Below, piece after piece: positions 12,130 to 25,054 of a stretch of DNA of 64,000 nucleotides. This DNA is from Octopus bimaculoides (Eukaryota). Where the stretch lies: contig NC_068981.1 of NCBI RefSeq assembly GCF_001194135.2, positions 98,132,777 through 98,196,776 of the forward strand, written 5' to 3'. Position 1 is the stretch's first letter, and the number at the start of each line of letters is the position of its first letter. Below the pieces are notes generated by a model. That model saw only the letters and a list, made by a program, of their open reading frames with translations, was not told where the DNA came from and ran no database searches. A program made the position numbers and the translations under genes.

Positions 12130-13000
12130 TGTGTGTGTGTGTGTGCTTGTGTGCGTGCATGCGTGCGCACGAATGTTGATATTTTGCTTTGTCATCGTTT
12201 AAGTAATGTGGAGCTGATGTTGACATTACAGCCATTGCTCTGTGCTTTTGAGGACCTGTTTGATATTGAAAAAATCACCTACTTGAAAAACAGGTGAGGG
12301 TTGGCAATAGGGAGTGTAAAGAGATATAAGATCCTACCTCAATATCAATTCTTATCCGAGTCATGCTAACATAGGAGACTGGACATTAAACAAACAAACA
12401 GTAGGTAGATAGGAGGTTCTTTGCATGCATGTTTCTAGGCACAGGAATGGCTGTTTGAATACAGTACATTTTCTTACCACGTGGTCTCAAGTTCTATCTA
12501 ACTATGTGGAACTTTGAGAAGTGTCTTCTACTGTCACTTTGGGCCAACCACTGCTTTGAGAATGAAAGGGGCAGATAGAAACTGTATAGAAGTTGTGTGA
12601 GCATATGTGTGCATACATGTGTATATATGTATGTATATATAAATGTATGTATTTTAGGGTCAGTGTGAATGTTTATATCCTGCATCCTTGCATGTGTTGA
12701 CCAAAAAAACCAAAAAAAAATGACAGCATATTGCTGACATCCCTTGCTAACAATTTAACCAGTAACTCTGCAATTTCAAAGAAAAATGGAATACAAAAAA
12801 AGGCCATTACTTGAAAAACAATACATATTCATCCAACTGCTCCAGTGCATGGCATCTTGGGCAAATGTCTTTTGTTATTGCTCCCAGTCAACCAATGCAT
12901 TGTGAGTGAATTTGATAGACAGAAACTGTGTAGAAACCTGTTGCATGTGCATGCATGCACGTGTATGTGTGTGTGTGCATAGAACCTTAAAGAACACCAG
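10840..13000 (+). mobile_element. Cluster of SINE A copies (10840-11410, 11975-12395, 12440-12700, 12830-12980) with old LINE debris
   Basis: Repeated GGCAAGTGTCTTCT / GTGAGTGAATTTG.TAGA.AGAAACT motifs and (TG)n centres. Confidence 0.7.
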
Positions 13001-13442
13001 GCTGGATAGACTGTGGGTCAGAGAGAGCTGCATAGTTCATGCTGCAATGATGTAATCTGACAGGAAGCTAATAAATCCTGAAGATGGGAGGCAAAGGGAG
13101 CTTACAGGCTGTGGTACTACATGTGAGGTATGATTGAAAGACTTGCTGTACTTTTATTTCTGGCAAACCAAGTGACTATACATCAGCACTTTCATAAGTT
13201 AAATATAATTATTGTTGATTAATTAGAAATGTGAAGGGCATTCAACAAAAATCATTCTAACCATGCTGATATATAAAGAAATAAATATAAAATAGTAAAA
13301 TAAAATAGGATAAATGAAAAACCCTTTTATCACTTCATAATTACTACCAAAGGCAATGATAAATATTTGGGTATTTAAGTTATTAAATTAAACAATTAAA
13401 TAAAGTGAACCTATAATAGCTGGAATTAACAACAGAGATTAT

Positions 13443-13536
<94 letters not shown>

Positions 13537-13569
13537 AGGGAGGAAATTGATCCTATAAAATAATCTCTC

Positions 13570-13920
13570 CCTTTACAGACAGTACCAGAAGATAATGTGC
13601 TGTAAGTCTAGATTATTGCTAGAAACTGAAAGGTAATCATTTAAAGTTGAGAATAGCTGAAGAGTTAAAACCAACAACCTTTCACTGATAAATAAATTGG
13701 AATTTCTATGGAGATCTAATGACAACACAAATATATTTGATTAAACCAATGGAACTAATCACGTAAATCTATGTACAATCAACTTTTGATAGCCAACCAA
13801 TCAGCCAATAGAAATAGTTGAATAGTTTGCAAAGATCATGTATCTAGGACAAGTGGTTGGATTAGAAGGTAAAAGTTATGGAAGTGCATTAGCTGGAATA
13901 CAAAGCAGCTACTAGAAACT
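13570..13920 (+). mobile_element. Degenerate RTE-like reverse-transcriptase fragment
   Basis: Remnant of the YADD region and an IE...YLGQVVG motif, with many stops. Confidence 0.45.
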
Positions 13921-14544
13921 TAACCTTATTTCTAAAATGCACTAAACTTTTTGGCACATGACAAGTCCAACTTAAATAGTTTTATATTTACATAAAGTTT
14001 AATATAAACATAACAAATGTAAGAATGATTTACTTAACCATCTTACAGTAGAAAATGCCATACCCACTAAAAATTTAATTGCTTTTAACTTTTGTTGAAG
14101 AATGTCATATTTGAAACTATGTTTGTTGAGATGTATCAAGTTTATCAAGGCAATGTGACTTGTAGAAAATACCAATTCTATTTTTTTGGTAGATATTTAA
14201 CATCATTACTGGAATAACCATGAAATTAAATTTCACAGATTAAGGGTTATGTAGAATTTTGGAGCTGAATTTGAAGATAAATATTTTTATCCATTAAAGA
14301 AAATTAAAACTGCAGTCATTTTTTTTTTTTATAATATAAAATTTTTTTTTTCATTACATTAAATTTAAAGAATGTAAACAAGACTTGTAGGCAAATAAGA
14401 TTCTAAATAGTTTTAGAGATAATACTGGCTAACAAGGAATTTCTATTGAAGACAGTTCTGGATCATCTAAAAAGCAATTCTGATGCTAATTTCAAAACTC
14501 TCTTCAGTTTTTAAGAATTATGTATAGTTTTTCAGATGAGACTA

Positions 14545-14935
14545 CCTTTTACTTGTTTCAGTCAATGGACTATGGCCAAGCTGGGGCACCACTTTGAAAG
14601 GTTTTAGTTAAACAAATCAGTCACAGTACAAATGATCTTTTTTCTTAAGTCTTGTATTTATTCTATCAACCTCTTTTGCTAAATCACTAAGTTATAAGGA
14701 TGTAGACAAACCAACACTGACTGTCAAACAGTGATGGGAGTCTGTATGACAAACAGACAGACAAATACGACAGGTTTTCACACAATTTCCATTTACCAAC
14801 TTCACTCACATGGCATTAGTTGGCCTGAGGTTATAGTAGGAGACACTTGCTCAAGGTGCCATGTAGGGGGATTGAATCTAAAACCACATAGTTGAAAAGC
14901 CAGCTTCTTAACCACACAGCAATGCTTGTGCCTAT
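14545..14935 (-). mobile_element. SINE A1
   Basis: Tail TTTTACTTGTTTCAGTCAATGGACTATGGCCAAGCTGG through head TCTTAACCACACAGCAATGCTTGTGCC. Confidence 0.8.
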
Positions 14936-15009
14936 CCTTTTTTTTTATAATTATATTTGTAATATTTTCTGTTTTCAGAATATTTGCTTAGATCTTTATC
15001 ATTTATGTG

Positions 15010-16690
15010 CTCTACGAATGTAAAAACCATCCAGACCCTTTTTTTCGCTTTACACATCATCTACTACACTGGGTCTTATGAAAATATGCCAGGTATACTT
15101 TGGTTGTTGTATAGGTGACCATGGTAAACAACAGACACCACATTAAATTAGCTCTGCTTGTTCAAGTGGACTGCATGATTGGTTGTACAAAGAAGTAAAC
15201 AATGTGTTTTACCATACCCATAATATAGGGCAAAAACAAAGAAATGATTATACTGATTGCTATTTTGGTAGTTTTAATATTATCAGGCTGTCTACAAAGT
15301 GCAAACACAAGATTGTCACGCTAAACCTGTTTTCAGCACATAAACCTGTGTACCATAATGAAGCAATGCTATTCCCTTTCCCCCAACACCCACTTACTCC
15401 ATCTCCTCTATGTCCATTCCCTCTACTCCCAATCCTCGTTTTCTTTCCCCTCAATGTCCATTCCCTTTCTCTAAGATGATGAAACAGTCAGGAACAAGGG
15501 AGTGACTGGTGAAGTGCTTGGACCTTCTACAGATCCTGAACACATACCTGAAGAAAATTTGGAGCTATGATTATTTCTTCAAGAACATTTGAACAATCTT
15601 AACAGAGTCTTATCACTGTCAAAAGAGAAGACAGAGTTTCTAATCTCAAAACTAATTTACTTGACAAGAATGTGCAAGTTGAATCACAAACATAAATGAA
15701 AAACCAATTTGGCAACATGCTTTATAATAGATGGTCCACTATGTTATTGTAATGACATCTTCGCAAACTTGTCTCAGATTCAGGTTGCACCTGACTAGTG
15801 CCTCTTCATTAGTTTGTTACAAAGAAGCTTGAAAGCATTTCTATTACCCAGTAAGAATGTAAAGCCATGCATTCCTACTGCCCATCCTGTCCACCAAAAA
15901 AGACATAAAGTAACAGGAATACACAGCTTGATATCAATGAATATTGTATTCATCAATGGATTCTCTGTGAAAATATCAAAGTTATGGGGATGCTAATGGG
16001 TATACAAGTAGGAATTTCAAAATACTATTGCTTCATATACTTATGGATAATCAAGCTACGATATTGGTTCCAAATTTTGGTGCAGGGACAGCAATTTTAA
16101 AGGGGGGGGGGGGGTAAGTCAGTTATGTCAACCCCCAGTGTTCTACTGGTACTTATTTTATCAACCCCGAAGGGATAAAAGGCAAACTCAACCTCAGCAG
16201 AATTTGAATTCAGAATGTGAAGATGGACAAAATGCTGCAAAACATTTTGCCAAGTGTGCTAACAATTCTGTCAGCTCATTACCTTATAATCATGCAACCA
16301 TATTACCATATCAAATGTGACTGGCCAATAAGGTTGATATATGTCCCAAGAATGAACAGTGACTTATCTATCCATTTACATGACCACAAGAACATACTTC
16401 TACCACTTCTCCATTTGAAATTTAGTTTAATGAATTTATGTTGGATAGCAAATCAAGTAAATATTTTAAAAGATATCAAGTTTGAACTAACCCTCAATAT
16501 ACTGAAATTAAAAGATGAACCAGTCTTTAAATGGTTACGTGTAAGTTTTTTAGGAATTAATAAATACTCACTTCTGTATGCAGGGCATTCCCTGCATGCC
16601 GAAGTGGAGTTGAGATATTCCTTAATGCTAATAAAGAAATGGACAGACAGATGGTGTTTAAAATACATTTCCTCTAAATTTCTTTCTAGA
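15010..16690 (+). mobile_element. Fossil Chapaev3-like (CMC superfamily) DNA transposon, split by SINE C at ~16060-16285
   Basis: Ordered degenerate motifs across frames: CKNHPD; YFGCCIGDHGKQQTPH; DYTDCYFGSFN; HLNNLNRVLSLSKEKTEFLISKL; RSLKAFLL..KPCIPTAH; QWILCENIKVMGMLMGIQVGISKYYCFIYLWD; KNILLPLLHLKFSLM. The family name is from recalled motif similarity. Confidence 0.65.
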
Positions 16691-16699
16691 AAGGTGCAG

Positions 16700-17120
16700 C
16701 TATATAATTAAGAGTGTATTTCTAACTTTATGGTTTCTGGTTCAATGCCATTGAGTGGCACCTTGGGCAAATGTCTTCTACTACAACCCCAGACCAACTA
16801 AAGCTTTGTGAGCAGATTTGGTAGATGAAGACTAAAAGAAGTTCATCATGTGTAAATGTGCATGGATATGGATGTGGATGAGTGTTTGTGTCTTCTTGTG
16901 TTGACATAACACAATAGTTATAAGTAACCATCACTGTCATTCAAGCAGTGTCATTCATTTCAAATATTCCATGAAAAACATGTCCAGCCAGAGAGAAATA
17001 TTACCTTACTTAGAAACAGGTGAGGATTGGTGACAGGATGTGCATCCAGTCACAGAAAATCAGTCTTGATGAATTCCATCTAACCCATGCAAGCAAGGAA
17101 AAGTGGGCATAAAAGCAAAA
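16700..17120 (+). mobile_element. SINE A2
   Basis: A head/body plus A2 tail (AACAGGTGAGGATTGGTGACAGG...CCCATGCAAGCAAGGAAAAGTGG). Confidence 0.8.
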
Positions 17121-18817
17121 GTGTAGGCCTTGGTATAGTAAACAATAAGCAAGGAGAAACTAAGAAGATATTTATGCAAAAGAAACATGATATTAGAGAT
17201 TTAAGAATAATAAATAGATGCTGCAATGTAATAAGACACACAAAGTTTATGAGAGAAAATATATTTCGAACACTTTCAAAAGCTAGTATATTCTTGTGCA
17301 TCAAATTAAATCAATGATATAAAAATTGGATAAAATTAATTATGCATGAAATAATCAAGTGTATTCAGTATTTCAGTTAGAGCAATAAACAAACTTTGTA
17401 TAAAACGTTATTTAATAGATATAAGTATTGAGAAAAAACCTAAAAAGTAAAAAGAAAGCATTATTACACTAGCTAAGGTATAAAAAGAAACAAAAGACAA
17501 ATTTGGAATAGCATCGAAAACACATTCAGAAAAGGCTAATTTTATTTCTAATGAAAAAAAAAGTCTATTTTGTTGACCAGTGTAATTTATAGATATCATA
17601 TGATTGTATTATACTAAGAACAAACTGAAAGCAATAACAATGGTTACTGAACAGCTTCTATTGCAGAAATTAGATAGATTCAAAATGCAGCTATCTCCAA
17701 TAAACATTTTATATTTCTGTCAAATAGCTTATATAACCAATCCATTCAAGCATTCTTTAACAGATAAGTTTATAGATTCCCATTATATCATCATTACAGA
17801 AATATTTTATTTGGGAATATAGAATTTTTAAAGCATAATTTTTGACAAAGTGCTGAAAGTGTGTGGAAGATGTATTTACAAGCTGAACATGCCGAGATGA
17901 ATAATGAACAACAATAATATGTTGACAAATTCAGATATTGCTGTTTGAATCAGAAATTGAAATGTATTTGTGTGGCAAATAGACATGAGGAAAGATAAAA
18001 TTTACCTTTTTATTTTTTTTTCCCCCCATCTCTTTTCAAGAAATAGAAAATATTTTGAAACATTGGCCTATGAACAATTTAAGATAATGTTGGAATATCT
18101 TTGAAACAAAGAAACATCAAGCTATGAAAAATATGCAATGGAAAGAGATTATCCAGTTAACTTATCTTCATAAAACAATAAGACATTAATCCCTTTATAT
18201 GTTTGATGGCTTAAGTCTCATAGCAGAATCTATCACAAGAGTTTCATCAAAATCTCTAAAACTAGATGCACAGCCCAGAGCTTAAAGACCTCTTTAACTT
18301 CAACAAGATCAAAGTATTCAAAAGAAGAAATAAAATCCTGATATTATTTGGGAATTAACCATGTTGAATTTCCTGAAAAGAAGTACGTAGACATTTAGGA
18401 ACAGACACAAACTCCAACTAAAAACATTTGTCTCCCCTTACACACACTTCCTGTTTTGACACCACATTTCCTGCTTAACACAAACTTTTAACCCTTTTTT
18501 TAAACCTAACAAAACTCTCAACTCTCATGCATCCTTATTTTTCCTACCATTATATACATGAACTACTATTGAACTTCAAAAGCTCAAAGACAATATAATG
18601 TATGGGTATATTTATTTTTTTATATATTATTTTCTTCATTTTGTACTTCTTTGTAAAAAACATTTTCATTCTCCTTCTTCTTGATAATTTGCTTTCACAA
18701 TGAAAACCGGTTAGAAATCTTTATTAAAATATGCTTCCAGTTTAGCATTCTGCCTTTTTTTTTCATTTTCCTATTATTTCTCCATGTGCGGTTAACACAA
18801 CCCCACTATTTACTGAC

Positions 18818-18851
<34 letters not shown>

Positions 18852-19329
18852 TCAATGGGCTCCTTTCAGTTTCCGTCTACCAAATCTACTCACACAAGGC
18901 TTTGATCAACCTGAGGCTATAGTAGAAGACGCAGAAGGTATCATGTAGTGGGACTGAACTTAGAACCATGTGGTTGGGAAGCAAGCTTCTAACCACACAG
19001 TCATGTCTCCACCTGCACAGCTATGCCTGCACAGCCACACTTGCACCTATTTTCGTGAACTGTACAAATGACTAGTTAGATATTGTTGGTAATTCCTGTC
19101 ACCGTGATTTAGTTAGTTACAAGAGATAATTGTAGTGAAAACATTATTGATAGTGGGATGACAGAAGCTTGTAGAGCTCTGGAACTTTGTTGGCAAAAAA
19201 AAGTTACCCTCTTCATTAAAAAACTAGACTGAAACTGCACAACATGATAATGAGAAACGAATATCAAAGCTTTGCAGAAACGGGGGGAGGAAGGTGTGTG
19301 TGTGTGTATGAGTATGTGATGTGTTGTGT

Positions 19330-19600
19330 GGCATGGCTAAGTGGTTAGAGCATTGGGCTCACTGTCATGAGGTAGTGAGTTCGATTCGTTGACCAGGATG
19401 CGTGTTGTGTTCTTGAACAAGTCACTTTATTTCATCTTGCCCCAGTTCACTCATCTGTAGAAATGAGTTGCAATGTCACTAGTGCCAAGCTGTATTGGCC
19501 TTTGTTTTTCCTTTGGATAACATCGGTGGCATAAAAGGGGGTTAGCTGGTATGTATGGGTGACTGCTGGTCTTCCATAACCGAAGGGGGTCTTTTACTAA
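19330..19600 (+). mobile_element. tRNA-derived SINE family E
   Basis: GCATGGCTAAGTGGTTAGAGC...AGTTCGATTC head; CCAGTTCACTCATCTGTAGAAATGAGT core. A second copy lies at 52080-52410 (-). Confidence 0.75.
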
Positions 19601-19924
19601 GCTGATTGAGTGCCAAGGCATTAAAGCATCATTCAAGATGTGCAAGAGAGATGACAGTATTAGTGCTGACATAAAGAAAATATAGGCTGAATGTGATACA
19701 ATAGTGAAGAACGGTACTCATGGGAGACCAAAGAAGATGTAAAAAGACATGGTAAATTTGGATCTTGAGATACTGGACATACAGAAGAGACAAAAGACTG
19801 AGATAAGTGGCAATACTATATAAGTTCCATAAAAGCATGAAACAATAGCTTAAAATGATAACAATGATGAAGATGATAATGAGGATTCACCCTTCATTGC
19901 TGTTTTTTTAACGAACTATACTAT

Positions 19925-20475
19925 CTTCAATTAATTTTGAAAATAATCTGTTATCTTTTACTTGTTTCAGTCATTGAACTGTGGCCATGCTGGGGCATTG
20001 CACTGAAGGGCTTTAATCAGATTGATCCCAATACTTATTTTTAAAACTTGTACTTATTCTATTGGTCTTTTTTCACCAAATTGAAAAGTTACAGGGATAT
20101 AAACAAACCAACATCAGTTGTTGAGAAATGAGGTGAGGGCAAGCAAACAGACATGCAAAGATACACACATACGCATACATGTATTTCACTCCCAAGACAT
20201 TACTTATTCTGGGGCCATAGTAGAAAGTACTTGCTCTAGGTGCCATGTAGTGCGAGTGAACCCAAAACTACATGGTTGCAAAGTGAGCTTCTTAACTACA
20301 CAGTCATGAAGGCATGAAATACTGAAGAATTTACCTAAATAACTTTGACATTATTAAGGTGGTATTTGTAAAAACATGAAATTCTCATGGAAGCTTTTGA
20401 TTTAGGTCACTTTAAAATAGAATGTTCATATCATAAAACCAGGGGTGATCTCAAGTGAGATAGTATCAAAAAGGG
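19925..20475. mobile_element. P1 MITE split by SINE A1 insertion (~19950-20310)
   Basis: Both flanking pieces are the reverse complement of 10434-10658; ends AAAAAGGG|TTAA. Confidence 0.65.
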
Positions 20476-20750
20476 TTAAAAGTCAAATTCAAAAGAGGAC
20501 AATTAGATTACTGATAAACAATGGTGGCAGTTCATGTTTTTTGATGTTTTGAAACTATTCCAAGCAGTTAACATGAAGAAATGAATAAGCTGTTCCAACC
20601 ATTAACTATTTTCAAATGCAATTACCTAGAAATTAACAATCGATTCAGCAGTCACATACAAAAGGAAATGGTTAATATATTGCAATTACAGCATGGATTT
20701 CATCCAAATAAAAGATTATCTAAATTTAAAGTGTAATTCAATGTACTTAC

Positions 20751-20810
20751 GTGATAGCTCCTGGCTCCGCCATTTGCTCATCTGTAGCTCCCATGCCTGT
20801 CACTCTCTAC
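20751..20810 (-). other. Candidate exon of a minus-strand transcript; contains ATG in good context (GGC ATG G, 20794) reading MGATDEQMAEPGAIT
   Basis: Acceptor TTGTTTTGTATTTCTTGTAG|, donor CAC|GTAAGTA; exon ~55% GC in a ~33% GC background. Protein not recognised. Confidence 0.6.
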
Positions 20811-21287
20811 CTACAAGAAATACAAAACAAATTAACATTCCAGAAAAATAGTATTCATTTTTTTCTTTTTCTTTGTAACATTTATTTCTGTCATATTAGT
20901 GTAGGTTTATATAACATGAATATTTTGAGTAATGTGTGAGGATAAATCACAGATACTACAAATGCATAGCAACATCATCTAACTAAACACATTCTGAAAT
21001 TTAGTGCTACACCCTGAAAACATTGACTTAGAGAAACTATTGGATATCATTTGCACACAGCCTATGTGATGATGAATGATAAAATCAACTAACTGGAAAA
21101 CCTTTGAACAAAAATTGCATATTGTCAGCTTTTGCATGCTGCCTTCTGTTTTATTTACATTAAAAAATGCATGTGCATGCGTGCGTGCACACATACACAC
21201 ACACACAGAGTATTTTTATCTTAAGTCAGGGAATACATTATCAATCATTGAATTTTGACATTTGGAAACCATTTGTGATATTTATAC

Positions 21288-21432
21288 CTATATGATATAC
21301 TTTTGTAATTCTAATGCCCCTAATCTTTGACCGGGAAGTACTTTCACAAGTTTTCCAGTCCTAAAAATTGAAAAGAGACTTTTGAGCAGTCTACCAGAAG
21401 ATAAGCATTTCATAATATCCCCAAATGTTAAT
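21288..21432 (-). other. Candidate exon (probably 5'UTR or non-coding)
   Basis: Acceptor TTTCTCTGTTTTCACAG|, donor TAG|GTATAA. One frame is open up to a TAG at the exon end. Confidence 0.5.
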
Positions 21433-21703
21433 CTGTGAAAACAGAGAAACTCCTTTATGTAGACAGCTGTGTGTATGTATACATACATGCATGTATGCAT
21501 TTATATATCAGATCAGTATAACTTACAAACTTTTAAAAATATTATTCATCAGTCACTTTTATATACCTACAATGTAACACAAAAAAAAAATAATTTTAAA
21601 CTAAAACCCCAATAAAGCACAATAACAGTATGGTTAAGATGTTACTGTTCAACAAAGATTATTCATCTGTTAAAACAAATTGCTCTCAAAAATAAGCAAA
21701 TAC

Positions 21704-21944
21704 CTGAATTTGGAGAGAAAGTGTTGGGGTGGAAATCCATTCCAGCCAGAGTTGCATTGAAAAATAGACATGAAGCAGTAAAGAAAGTCAAGTTACATTG
21801 AAAGTGTATCACCTCCAGCAAATAGTACAACTTCATGTTACTACAATGAACTGACTTTCAACTTATGACCTATAATAAATAATAGTTACAAACGTTACTG
21901 CAATGATCTGACTTCCAGATGGTGCAGAAGACAAATACATTTTT
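21704..21944 (-). other. Candidate exon (non-coding; stops in all frames)
   Basis: Very strong acceptor TTTTTCCTTTCCTATTTTTTTCTCTCTCAG|, donor CAG|GTATTT. Confidence 0.5.
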
Positions 21945-22200
21945 CTGAGAGAGAAAAAAATAGGAAAGGAAAAATCCTTTAAAAAAATGTCTCTATTTGG
22001 TGTAATAAAAATGTTGCAACTATGTGAAAGTAAAGCTATTTTTGTTATTCCTTTACAAGAAAGATTCTAATTAAAAAAAGAAAAAGAAACTACAGAACAT
22101 AAAACAGACAAAAAACCAAACAAACTACAATACACTACTTCTCTCAGACATGGTAAATTAATTATGCAAAGAAATTGGGTCACAACTAGAATATAAAAAA

Positions 22201-22201
<1 letters not shown>

Positions 22202-22283
<82 letters not shown>

Positions 22284-22369
22284 NNNNNNNNNNNNNNNNN
22301 NNNNNNNNNNNNNNNNNNNNNNNNNNNNNNNNNNNNNNNNNNNNNNNNNNNNNNNNNNNNNNNNNNNNN

Positions 22370-22418
<49 letters not shown>
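22202..22418. repeat. (GA)n microsatellite spanning an N-gap
   Basis: Direct reading; gap 22284-22369. Confidence 0.95.
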
Positions 22419-22422
<4 letters not shown>

Positions 22423-22904
22423 GAAAGGAGGAAAAGAAAAACATGTTATGTGAGCTCAATGACCGAGGATTACTACTGACCAAAAGTCATGAGGTTAAAC
22501 TAATATTAGTCTGGAGCAAATAGTTATAAAACTATTCAGTGTCAACTTTCATTTAAAGGTTAGCTAGTTATTCCAACAAATCTATAAGGAATGTAAAGAA
22601 ACTTCACTGGAGGCAAATTACTGTAAGATGCATACAAATTGCCCAAAATATACTTATTTATAAGTACTTAATACTGTCTTATTTATAAGCAGTTTATATT
22701 GTTTTGCTTTCTGTTTTATGCATAAAGGACTGAAGCATATGGAATTATTGTTTCTTTCTTTCTACCATAAAGGCTGTGGCATGGTGTAGTTAGTTACAGA
22801 GAGTCTAGAAATAACATGAGAACTCCACATGTTTGTAACTCACCCATTTCTTTGGAATGTATATATATACAAAATATGAACAATACAATCAAAGCAAGGA
22901 TTAT

Positions 22905-23485
<581 letters not shown>

Positions 23486-23674
23486 AGCCACGATAGAAAA
23501 TTGCCACAACATCCTATGATTTGAAATGTTTATCAAAGGGGCATCTCCTTTCCTATACCCAACAAAATTTTTCTGGGACTATAGGAACAGCTTTTGTTTA
23601 CATAAATAAAACAAAGAAACTTTAAAAAAAAAATTTTAAAAACGATACAATGGATATGTATAAATATAGATATA

Positions 23675-24185
23675 CTAGGAGAGATACCCAGCTTTGCCCT
23701 TGTCACAGAGAATTGAAGAATTAGACTTTTCTTTCATATTTTCTCTAATGAACTGGAATACCTATGATTCAAATTTCATCAAAATTGCAGATTAAGAATT
23801 TTAATGAGGGTTCTTTCCCTCTTTATACACCCTAACAAAATTTCTAATCATGACATATTTATCCCATACTACTGTCTTTATGTCCAGATTCCAAAATCCA
23901 AATCTTATGAAACCTGTTAAAAGGTTTTTGCTCCTGAAAAATGGAGCACATGGAGCTCTAAAATGTGGGAGTTAAGGCCCCTATTAGGGGGGGGGGTCTT
24001 AAAGTCAACCAGAGGAGTTGAATTGTTGGTAATCTTTTTCAACTTGGGTCTTATATCTATTGTTTAAATGTCTTTGAAATCAGAAATATATGAATGTTCA
24101 CTGGGTTTGCAAAGCTACAGGAAACCAAAAGACGAATGATCACAATAAGCAGTCAACTACCCTACCCTAGTCGTTACCACTCCCC
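23675..24185 (-). mobile_element. Helitron 3' part, same family as 589-1925
   Basis: Reverse complement of ~1415-1925, including the terminal CTAG|T; breaks off at CCACTCCCCA. Confidence 0.8.
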
Positions 24186-24597
24186 AAACTTACTGGTTTG
24201 ACAAGAAGAGACTGATAGAATAGTACCAGGCATATCAAAAATGCACAGGGTTCGATTCATTCCACAAAAAAATTCTTCAAAGCAGTGTCTCATATTTTTG
24301 TTTGTCCACTCAATTGTGTCTATCAGTCTATCTGATAGACACTCAATATATATATACATATATATACATATATATATATATTGAGTGTCTATATATATAC
24401 ATGCATACATATATATACATATATATATATATTGAGTGTCTATCAGATAGACTGATAGACAAAATTGAGTGGACAAACAAAAATATGAGACACTGCTTTG
24501 AAGAATTTTTTGTGGAATGAATCGAACCCTGTGCATTTTTGATATGCCTGGTACTATTCTATCAGTCTCTTCTTGTCAAACCAGTAAGTTATGGGGA
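24181..24597. repeat. Near-perfect inverted duplication (arms ~24181-24357 and ~24422-24597)
   Basis: The arms differ by about one substitution and two 1-nt indels on manual alignment; TA-rich spacer. Confidence 0.9.
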
Positions 24598-24941
24598 TGT
24601 AAATAAACCAACAGCAGTTGCCAAGCAGTGATGAGGGACAAACACAGACACACACATACACTTACATATATACGAATGATTTTTTTCAGCTTCTGTCTAT
24701 GAAATCTACTCACATGACTATAGCAGAAGACATGCCAAGTTACCATACAGCCACACCTGCACTTGTGTGTGTGTGTGTGTGTGTGTGTATGTACATGTAT
24801 GTGTGTATGTACGTGTGTGTGTGTATGTATGTATGTAAGTGCATATATGTGTGTATATATATGTATAAATATATGTATGTATATATGTGTACATATTACA
24901 TATACATCTATATATATATATATACATGCATACATATATTT

Positions 24942-24986
<45 letters not shown>

Positions 24987-25014
24987 TAAACATATAATTC
25001 TATATATATGTACA

Positions 25015-25054
<40 letters not shown>

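Noticed and set aside
11845-12297. HT/CV/YI/RE dipeptide ORFs here and at 22067-23519, 24618-24989, 36151-36532, 48044-48602, 61065-61428, 62495-62718
   Set aside because: Translations of (CA)n, (TA)n and (GA)n microsatellites.
13579-13603. Apparent plus-strand mini-exon with strong splice sites
   Set aside because: Lies in a degenerate RT (YADD-region) remnant; better explained as LINE debris.
22577-22602. GGAATGTAAAGAA, a partial match to miR-1
   Set aside because: 5' and 3' ends differ from miR-1 and no complementary star arm is nearby.
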